64,000 bases of DNA from Bacteroidales bacterium (GTDB lineage Bacteria; Bacteroidota; Bacteroidia; Bacteroidales; VadinHA17): NCBI GenBank assembly GCA_035390825.1, contig DAOOUQ010000016.1, forward strand, positions 8,250 through 72,249, given 5' to 3'. The translations under genes and the position numbers were made by a program. Positions 1 through 7,264 of this stretch are shown one piece after another. Positions within the stretch are counted from its first letter, which is position 1. Each line of letters opens with the position of its first letter. The notes under the pieces were generated by a model. That model was not told the origin of the DNA and did not search any database. It saw only the letters and a program-made list of their open reading frames with translations.

Positions 1-21
1 CGCCCTGTGCCCTGCGCCTTT

Positions 22-555
22 TCATATCCAGTTTCGTCTGAAAAAGTAGGCAAGTGCGAAAGCCGTCCCGAAGATTCCCATCATGGTTATGAATCCGCCC
101 AGTGAAAGCACGGCCATTCCGCTTAGAGCGGAACCGCTTGTGCATCCTCTTCCGAGCTGCGATCCGAAGCCAAAGAGTATTCCTCCTGCAAGAGCAAAGA
201 CAAGTCTTCGTTTCGATGTGATTTTCGGGGAATGTTCGACTTTCAGCTTTAATCTTCCCGCGAGTGCCCCTGAGAGAAATCCGCCGACAATCACTCCGAG
301 CATTTCAAATACAAGCCACGATTTCATCGGATTACCGCCGTGACTTTGGGCATATTCGGCCATGAAAGGCATGTTTTTTCCACCCTCTCGTCCGACAGCC
401 TGTATTGAGGTGGCAACAACGCTTTTGACCGCACCGCTTGCCCCCAGGCCGCGTCCTGAAATAAAATTGGCTGCTAAAAGCACCAATCCGAGCAGCACCC
501 CTCCAACGTATGGGTTCAGGTACCTGGTTTTTCCTGATTCTTTTGGTTCTGACAT
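22..555 (-). CDS. YeeE/YedE family sulfur-compound transporter, half-size
   Basis: The 177-aa ORF is polytopic and carries the conserved Cys loop GRGCTSG typical of YeeE/YedE. It is about half the length of two-domain YeeE, so a partner half may lie beyond the window edge. Confidence 0.75.
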   Translation of the reverse strand: MSEPKESGKTRYLNPYVGGVLLGLVLLAANFISGRGLGASGAVKSVVATSIQAVGREGGKNMPFMAEYAQSHGGNPMKSWLVFEMLGVIVGGFLSGALAGRLKLKVEHSPKITSKRRLVFALAGGILFGFGSQLGRGCTSGSALSGMAVLSLGGFITMMGIFGTAFALAYFFRRNWI

Positions 556-600
556 TTCTTTTGGTTTTATGCTAGTAATATATTATTTAAGTTATTGTGC

Positions 601-702
601 GGTGTCAGGCGTCCGGCATCCGGTGTTTTACTACCTGCTTCCTGCTTTCTGCTTCCTTTTTCATGCGGCCCGCCGCACGCCTGATGCCTGATGCCGGACG
701 CC
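601..702. repeat. Intergenic inverted repeat enclosing 7-nt tandem repeats
   Basis: A 13-bp perfect inverted repeat pairs GGCGTCCGGCATC (608-620) with GATGCCGGACGCC (690-702). Three CCTGCTT-type heptads lie at 634-654 and NGAYGCC heptads at 676-702. Confidence 0.7.
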
Positions 703-703
703 C

Positions 704-1645
704 TCAATACAGCCACCTGCTCACCTGTCCGGCATATACAATAATGAATCTCAGCATCAGGCTTCCGAAGATCACAAGGACCGGGGGAATGAGTGCCGGT
801 ATATGATATTTTCTCAATTCAAGTATTTCAAGGAATGCAGGGATGAGCAATCCTAGTATCACAACAAATATCCAGAATGACATTGTATAAGGTCCTCCCA
901 GGAACATATTTGCAGCTTCGATCTGCACCTGAGTGCCGGCCAGATATCCCATGAACATATGGATTATCAGGAACAGTTCAATGCCGATGATCACAAGGTC
1001 GATTTTTGCAAAATGTTTTCTCTCATCGGGGTTCTTCGACAAAATGAGAGTTGCGGCTGCCCCTGCTGACAAACCTGATGCCAGAAACAGAGGGCCGAGT
1101 ATGGAAGTGTTCCACAGTGGTCGTGCGTTGAAGGCTGAGAGAAGGATGCCGGTGTAAATCCCGAGTATCAGTCCATAGATAAGCATTATCCATGCTAGCG
1201 TCAGCTTGTATTTATTGAAAAATCTCTCCAGTTCCCTGAGCCATTTGTACTTCCAGTTCCATTCCGGAAAGATGTCTCTTATATGCAGGGCACACCAAAT
1301 GAAAGCGACAGGGGTTATGACCATTAATGTCCATGCACCCCACGACATCGGTGACTGCAGTTTTATGTTGGTATAGAGTTGCCAGAAAAACAGCTTATGG
1401 CGAAGGTCGATGAAAAGAGCCAGCAGTCCTATGACAAGGAGGAATGGTGTGAGAAATGGGGTTATCCTCACGGCAGTATAATATGCTTTGCCTTCTCCCC
1501 TTATGTAATATAGTGCAGCCAGGCAGAGGATACCGGCAGCCATTCCTCCCAGGAACAGGTACAGCGGGATCTGCCAGTGCCATATATGAAGAGTGGGGTC
1601 AATCATGTTGTTCATTCTGCCGCTGACAAACAATTCTTCTTTCAT
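704..1645 (-). CDS. NrfD/PsrC-type polytopic membrane (quinol-interacting) subunit of a molybdopterin oxidoreductase
   Basis: The 313-aa protein has about 8 TM segments and an NrfD-like N-terminus (WHWQIPLYLFLGGMAAG). It lies directly downstream of the PsrB/PsrA-like genes. Confidence 0.8.
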   Translation of the reverse strand: MKEELFVSGRMNNMIDPTLHIWHWQIPLYLFLGGMAAGILCLAALYYIRGEGKAYYTAVRITPFLTPFLLVIGLLALFIDLRHKLFFWQLYTNIKLQSPMSWGAWTLMVITPVAFIWCALHIRDIFPEWNWKYKWLRELERFFNKYKLTLAWIMLIYGLILGIYTGILLSAFNARPLWNTSILGPLFLASGLSAGAAATLILSKNPDERKHFAKIDLVIIGIELFLIIHMFMGYLAGTQVQIEAANMFLGGPYTMSFWIFVVILGLLIPAFLEILELRKYHIPALIPPVLVIFGSLMLRFIIVYAGQVSRWLY

Positions 1646-1666
1646 GGATAATAAAGGTTTATGAAA

Positions 1667-2200
1667 TTAAATCAGGAAATATAACTGTGGATTTGTACCA
1701 GCCTCGGGGATAAGGGTCTTGTATTTTCTTTTCTTCAGTACCACCGAAACATCGCTGTTTGGGTCGTCGAGATCGCCGAAATACATGCATTTTGTCGGGC
1801 AGACCTCAACGCAGGCAGGCTTCATCCCTTTAAGTATACGGTGTTCGCAGAATGTACATTTATCCACATAGCCGTCGGGATGTGGATAGCGGGCATCGTA
1901 TGGACATGACGCGATACATGCTCCACAGCCAATGCATTCAGTCTTTTTCACAAGCACTATTCCTCCTTCAGCAAAATGGCTTGCGCCGGTTGGGCAGCAT
2001 CTTACGCAGGGAGCATTGACGCAATGGTTGCATCTCTCAGACCTTATCTCCATCTCGAGCTGAGGATATGTGCCATCCATTACTTCAACGACCCAGTCGC
2101 GGCAGAAGCCATGAGGCACATTGTTTTCTGTCTGACATGCAACAACACAGTCGCTGCATCCGACACATTTCCTGGTGTCAACAGCCATTGCATACCTCAT
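1667..2200 (-). CDS. 4Fe-4S cluster subunit (PsrB/DmsB/NrfC type)
   Basis: The 177-aa protein has several CxxCxxCxxxC(P) motifs (CVGCSDCVVAC, CNHCVNAPCVRCCP, CIGCGACIASCP, CTFCEHR...CVEVCP). Its start overlaps the upstream stop by 4 nt. Confidence 0.85.
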   Translation of the reverse strand: MRYAMAVDTRKCVGCSDCVVACQTENNVPHGFCRDWVVEVMDGTYPQLEMEIRSERCNHCVNAPCVRCCPTGASHFAEGGIVLVKKTECIGCGACIASCPYDARYPHPDGYVDKCTFCEHRILKGMKPACVEVCPTKCMYFGDLDDPNSDVSVVLKKRKYKTLIPEAGTNPQLYFLI

Positions 2201-4434
2201 AATGCTGCCTCCTGTTCTTCTTTTTCAGTCAGAAATGTAACAAAATTGCTTCTCATCCCCGTTCCTCCCATTATCGGATCGACAAGAACTTTTGTTATGA
2301 GTCCCGTGTCGCTGGCGCCTTTCCCGTAACATCTTGTCATCTGCTTTTGCGTATGTCCGAAACCATGGACCATATATACAGAATCCCATCGTATCCTTTC
2401 TGTTATTCTTACCTTTATCGGAAAGTCGGATACATGCCCGTCCTGGTTCCTGAGCCATATCTCCTGGTCATTCCTGAGTCCCCATTCTCTGGCCACTTTT
2501 GGATTGATCCAGACCTTGTTCTCATCCATCAGTTCTGTCAGGTTGGGATTATTTGAGGTGCGTCCGAAAGTATGCATCGGGGCCCTTCCGTAGATTAGCC
2601 TGTAGAAACCTTCGGGTGGTTCTTCATGAGGAACATATGAGGGCATAGGGTCAAAACCATACTGTTCAAGGTATGAGGAATAGAGTTCTATTTTTCCCGA
2701 GTCGGTTGCAAACTCCGCCTGCTCATCGGGAGCAAAATACAGATCGTCGTACTCCCTTTCAAATGTCTTTACTCCAATGTTTTTCATCTCGGAGAGTGAT
2801 GTTCCAAGTTGTTTTAGCTGCCAGTCGAGCAGGTCTTCCTGCTTTTCATAAGGGAAATATGCTTCGAGCCCGAGCTTTTTTGACAGCTCGCGTGCTATCC
2901 AGTATCCCGGCTTTGTATTATACATTGGCTCTGCTGCAGGCATACGGAGTGCGATCTGTGGTTTTCTGTGAGGACTGGTCCGAATGATATCGTATCTTTC
3001 GAGATATGTGCATTCGGGAAGGACCACATCGGCCCATCCTGTGTACTCCATTGGCATTGTGTCGATGGCTACTATCAGATCGAGGTTCTGTATTGCCTTT
3101 GTCGTTGTGTTTATATCGGGAATTGTCGACAGCAGATTGGTCCCGTTTATAATCCAGCCTTTGACAGGATAACCAGGATTGTTTTCAGGTATTGACGCGT
3201 CTATTAAAATATTTGTTGGCACAGAACCTGCGACGGGATATTTTCCGGGGAACAGATCCTGCCATGTTTTTGAAGGTTCTTTGTATGGAGGGATCCTGGC
3301 GCCGGCTACAGATATCCTGGCAGGTCTGTAGAAGCCGCCCCTTCTTCCCCACGATCCCATGAGGGCGTTCAGGATGGCGATTGCCCTGATGCGCTGCGTG
3401 TCATCGCCATACCAGGTCACGTGGCGTCCGGGATGAATTAGCACTGCAGGAGATGCATTTGCCATTTCCTTCGCTGTTTTCCTTATAAGATCAGGTGCGA
3501 TTGTGGTAATTCCATAAGCCCACTCGGGAGTAAAATCTTTTACATGGTTCCTAAGCTGTTCAAAACCATAGCAATATTTTTCGACATATTTTTTATCGTA
3601 GTATTCTTTACTGATTATTTCATTCATCCAGGCAAGCAGCAAAGCGATATCAGTCGACGGCTTTATGGGCAGCCAGTACTTTGATTTACCGGCCGCGGTG
3701 CTGAACCTTGGATCGACGGTTATTATTGATGCTCCCTTGTCGATGGCATCCGACATTTCCTGGATCTGCCCGTTATGCATGTTTTCACCTATGTGTGAAC
3801 CGATGAGCACAAGGCATCTGGTGTCCCTTATATCTGTAATTTCAGGTGAATATACTTCTTCGCCGAAAGTGGCAAAAAACGCTTCGTCGCGCGGGCCGCG
3901 GCACTGGGCATATGAAGGTTCGGCAATGTTTGCAGTGCCGTATGCATTCATGAGATTTGTGAAATTGCTGCTTCCCGATCCATGAGTAAAAAGAGCCATA
4001 CTCTCCGGGCCATACTGCGAGGCAATAGCCTTCATCTTTGAGGCTATATGGTCGAGGGCCTCGTCCCATGAGGCCTCCCGGAATACCTGCCTGCCACGTT
4101 CTTCAACCCTTATTAGAGGTGTTTTAAGACGATCGGTGTCGTAATACATTCCTACTCCCCCTGTCCCCCTCGGACAGAATCGTCCATTGCAGTGCTGGTC
4201 TTCATCGTTTCCTGTTATTTTCCAGATCCTGCCTTCCGGGGTCTTATATACCCATCCGGCACATTTCCAGAAACATACTTCGCAATAGGTTGGGGTACGC
4301 TTGAGATCGGTAGGCAATATCCCGCTATCGGGAACTGATGAGGACTGCCTGAAAAAACTGTATCCTCCTGCTCCGGCGGCCAGGGCTCCGGCGCCAAGGA
4401 GTGAAATTTTAATGAACTCTCTCCTGTTTGTCAT
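2197..4434 (-). CDS. Mo/W-bis-PGD oxidoreductase catalytic subunit (polysulfide/thiosulfate/tetrathionate reductase-like, PsrA/PhsA family)
   Basis: The 745-aa protein has a twin-arginine signal (NRREFIKISLLGAGALAAGAG) and an N-terminal CxxCxxxC...C 4Fe-4S motif (CEVCFWKCAG...CPRG). Operon context is PsrB and NrfD-type subunits. The substrate cannot be assigned from sequence. Confidence 0.8.
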   Translation of the reverse strand: MTNRREFIKISLLGAGALAAGAGGYSFFRQSSSVPDSGILPTDLKRTPTYCEVCFWKCAGWVYKTPEGRIWKITGNDEDQHCNGRFCPRGTGGVGMYYDTDRLKTPLIRVEERGRQVFREASWDEALDHIASKMKAIASQYGPESMALFTHGSGSSNFTNLMNAYGTANIAEPSYAQCRGPRDEAFFATFGEEVYSPEITDIRDTRCLVLIGSHIGENMHNGQIQEMSDAIDKGASIITVDPRFSTAAGKSKYWLPIKPSTDIALLLAWMNEIISKEYYDKKYVEKYCYGFEQLRNHVKDFTPEWAYGITTIAPDLIRKTAKEMANASPAVLIHPGRHVTWYGDDTQRIRAIAILNALMGSWGRRGGFYRPARISVAGARIPPYKEPSKTWQDLFPGKYPVAGSVPTNILIDASIPENNPGYPVKGWIINGTNLLSTIPDINTTTKAIQNLDLIVAIDTMPMEYTGWADVVLPECTYLERYDIIRTSPHRKPQIALRMPAAEPMYNTKPGYWIARELSKKLGLEAYFPYEKQEDLLDWQLKQLGTSLSEMKNIGVKTFEREYDDLYFAPDEQAEFATDSGKIELYSSYLEQYGFDPMPSYVPHEEPPEGFYRLIYGRAPMHTFGRTSNNPNLTELMDENKVWINPKVAREWGLRNDQEIWLRNQDGHVSDFPIKVRITERIRWDSVYMVHGFGHTQKQMTRCYGKGASDTGLITKVLVDPIMGGTGMRSNFVTFLTEKEEQEAAL

Positions 4435-4539
4435 ACCATGTAAGCGTAAACAGTCTGTAAAACTAATAAAAAATAAATCTGATAATATCTATATAGTTCA
4501 ATATATATTTAATGCCCTCAAACCGGGCATTACAGTTTA

Positions 4540-4557
4540 TTGTTAATAAATTAACAA
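4540..4557. promoter_or_regulatory. Candidate Rex operator (perfect palindrome TTGTTAATAAATTAACAA) upstream of the psr-like operon
   Basis: This is an exact match to the clostridial-type Rex box TTGTTAA-N4-TTAACAA. The palindrome extends to 20 bp (4539-4558) and lies about 106 nt upstream of the psrA-like start at 4434. Confidence 0.5.
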
Positions 4558-4651
4558 TCTGACAAATAGTTTTTATTTATATTCATTCCAAATTATTGAT
4601 TGTGTCAAATATCATAAACTCTGAACATATTCACTGGTTCATGTCTTTTAT

Positions 4652-5527
4652 TCAGCCCGATTTCAGGTCCAGGAAATCTTCAATCCTCTTACCCGGATAA
4701 AACAGTATTCCGGCCGCTGGCCATATTTTTTTCATATACCTGTCCTGTTCCGCTCTTATGGCCAAAACCAGTTCATCGACAGGTCCGGGAGTCACTGACG
4801 GCCTGTATTTATAACCCAGTGTTTTGACCAGAACCGACAGATCATTATATTTCCCAAGATATTGTCCGAGGGTATCAAGTTTCTTTTCCAGTCTTTTTAC
4901 AGGACCCGGATTCAGAGGTCTGAAGAAAAACAGTTGGAACATAAGGTCTTTTATCTTTTTTCTGAGTTCATGTATGTTTTTATCCTTAAGGTAGTTTCGG
5001 GCTTTAAGATAAGCTGATGAAGCAAGGTCCCATGATAAGGCAAGCGATTTCAGGAGAATACTCGGATCTTCAGAATTCATGGCCAAGAACCTTAGTCTGT
5101 ATTCCGATTTTTGGAGAAGGCTGACAATGCTTTCAATATCCTTTCTGATACCTTCGTCAGGCAGAATTTCCTGATCGGGCCTTTTCATGAGTGCAGCTAT
5201 CTTTTCATTTCCGGACAATCCGGAAAAAACAGTCGGATGTTTTTTTTTAAGATCCTTAAGCAGTTTTCTCAGCACGGAAGTCTCGCGCCATGAGCTCATT
5301 ATCCTGCCGGCTTCACGGAGTGAACCATATTCGCGCCTGAATATTTCTTCGCCTGTGGTTATTTTAAGCAATTTTAATGCTGCCCTCGATTTCTTCATGA
5401 GAACCCTGATATCATGGACGGCATCCTCACCAGGAACCTTTGAAGGATCGAGCATATACCGAGCCTCCCTTATGTAACCGCAAAGAACAGGTTTGATATC
5501 CGTCAGTCTGGGATGGGCAGTATCCAT
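4652..5527 (-). CDS. CHAD domain-containing protein
   Basis: The 291-aa protein is predicted all-helical and has a CHAD-like HDIRVxxKKxRAALKL motif. It neighbours ppk1, and CHAD proteins are known to associate with polyphosphate. Confidence 0.6.
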   Translation of the reverse strand: MDTAHPRLTDIKPVLCGYIREARYMLDPSKVPGEDAVHDIRVLMKKSRAALKLLKITTGEEIFRREYGSLREAGRIMSSWRETSVLRKLLKDLKKKHPTVFSGLSGNEKIAALMKRPDQEILPDEGIRKDIESIVSLLQKSEYRLRFLAMNSEDPSILLKSLALSWDLASSAYLKARNYLKDKNIHELRKKIKDLMFQLFFFRPLNPGPVKRLEKKLDTLGQYLGKYNDLSVLVKTLGYKYRPSVTPGPVDELVLAIRAEQDRYMKKIWPAAGILFYPGKRIEDFLDLKSG

Positions 5528-5655
5528 TTGATACCGTGTGTTAACAGCTCCGTAAATTTAACAAAATAATCATTAGGGAAATTACGGAATAACAGAAGAT
5601 TTCATATGAATAATAGCGCCAAAAAACTAATTTTGTTTATGGAACAAAAACGGAT

Positions 5656-6699
5656 GTGATGGGAAAGACATACAAAGGGCAGCGAATAGGAATATTGACA
5701 GCCGGCGGCGATTGCCCCGGAATAAATGCAGCTATACGCGGAGTGGGAAAAACTGCCATAGTGAAATACGGCATGAAGGTCATTGGTATAAGCGACGGTT
5801 TTACCGGACTTATCAACAAGGAATACAGGGAGCTTAACGAACATGACCTTTCAGGCATACTTACACTTGGGGGGACAATACTTGGGACGTCGCGCGAAAA
5901 GCCTTTCAAGAACGACAGGAAAGGCCGCAATGACCTCCGTAAGCCTGTCCTGATAAAGGAACATTACGAGCAGATGGAACTTGACTGCCTCGTCTGCATC
6001 GGGGGTAACGGGACCCTCAAAACGGCCAACCTTCTTGCCCAGGAAGGACTGAATGTGGTCGGCATTCCAAAGACTATCGACAATGATGTATGGGGCACTG
6101 ACCTTACTTTTGGTTTTGATTCTGCTGTAAACATTGCCACCGAGGCCATTGACAGACTTCATTCGACGGCCAACTCCCACAAGAGAATAATGGTAATCGA
6201 GCTGATGGGGCACAATGCCGGATGGATAGCTCTTTATTCCGGCATAGCCGGGGGAGGGGATGTGATACTGATCCCGGAAATACAATACAACGAAAAGATT
6301 ATTGCCGAATACCTTGTTTCGAGGTTCAGGGAAAACAAGGCATATTCTATAATGGTCGTTGCCGAGGGAATAAAAACCCCTGTGAAGGAAGAGCCGGCAG
6401 CAAGATATCTTAGTCGCAGGATAGCTGAACTGACAGGCATCGAGACACGCGAGACGGTACTGGGGTATATCCAGCGCGGAGGAACTCCTTCGCCTATGGA
6501 CAGGGTGCTTGCCACACGTTATGGCGCTGCTGCCGCTGATCTTATAGCAGCTAAAGAGTATGGCAAAATGGTTGCACTCAGGAACAATGAGATAACTTCA
6601 GTGCCATTATCGGAAGTGGCAGGCAGGCTGAAGTTTGTTGATCCTGCCAACCCTTTGGTAATTAAAGCCAAAAACATGGGAACCAGCTTCGGCGACTGA
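5656..6699 (+). CDS. pfkA: 6-phosphofructokinase (PfkA family; phosphoryl-donor specificity ambiguous)
   Basis: The 347-aa protein has GILTAGGDCPGINAAIRG, CIGGNGT, GIPKTIDND and MGHNAGW motifs. Confidence 0.9.
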   Translation: MMGKTYKGQRIGILTAGGDCPGINAAIRGVGKTAIVKYGMKVIGISDGFTGLINKEYRELNEHDLSGILTLGGTILGTSREKPFKNDRKGRNDLRKPVLIKEHYEQMELDCLVCIGGNGTLKTANLLAQEGLNVVGIPKTIDNDVWGTDLTFGFDSAVNIATEAIDRLHSTANSHKRIMVIELMGHNAGWIALYSGIAGGGDVILIPEIQYNEKIIAEYLVSRFRENKAYSIMVVAEGIKTPVKEEPAARYLSRRIAELTGIETRETVLGYIQRGGTPSPMDRVLATRYGAAAADLIAAKEYGKMVALRNNEITSVPLSEVAGRLKFVDPANPLVIKAKNMGTSFGD

Positions 6700-6769
6700 C
6701 CGCACACCGGATGCCTGACACCAGATGCCTTTTTAAAACATGAATGAATAATTATCAGATCTGTTCAAC

Positions 6770-7264
6770 ATGAAACACTTAATTTTCGTTCGCCATGCAA
6801 GAGCCGAAGATGATTCAGGATCATTTCCCGATTTCGAAAGGTCGCTTACATCAAACGGAAAGATAACATCTGAGAAGATGGCAGACAAATTCAGGGAAAA
6901 GGTGAAGGAACCAATGGTGTTCATTACAAGTCCCGCCTTCAGGGCTTATGAGACAGCGCTTGTTTTTGCGAGGGTCCTGAAGTATAAGCCTGAAAATGTC
7001 GTCCTGAAAAATGCGCTTTACACAGATCCCAACCTGAATGCTCTTGGTGATATGCTTTCCGAAGTGGATGATGCAGTTGATACGGTGGTCCTCTTTGGTC
7101 ATAATCCTTCATTTACCGAACTGGCCGACAGGCTCTCAAAGAATGGCTGTGACTTCCTTCCAAAGGCCGGAATTGTATGCCTTGCATTCAGGACAGACAC
7201 GTGGAATGGCATTGTCCGCGAAAGGGGAAGCGTTGAATATTTCCTGAAACCCGAGAAACACTGA
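6770..7264 (+). CDS. Histidine phosphatase family protein (SixA-like)
   Basis: The 164-aa protein has an N-terminal RH motif (LIFVRHARAE) and a later GHNP motif. Its stop overlaps the ppk1 start by 1 nt. Confidence 0.7.
   Translation: MKHLIFVRHARAEDDSGSFPDFERSLTSNGKITSEKMADKFREKVKEPMVFITSPAFRAYETALVFARVLKYKPENVVLKNALYTDPNLNALGDMLSEVDDAVDTVVLFGHNPSFTELADRLSKNGCDFLPKAGIVCLAFRTDTWNGIVRERGSVEYFLKPEKH

Noticed and set aside
83-691. Plus-strand ORFs (83-343, 362-691) overlapping the yeeE-like gene and the spacer
   Set aside because: They are antisense shadows of a well-supported membrane protein gene. Their composition is low-complexity and Pro/Ser-rich, and I recognised no family resemblance.
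2197-4434. Possible selenocysteine (TGA) recoding in the molybdopterin, HdrA-like or hydrogenase subunits
   Set aside because: All of these ORFs are uninterrupted with Cys at the expected positions, so no in-frame TGA needs to be explained.
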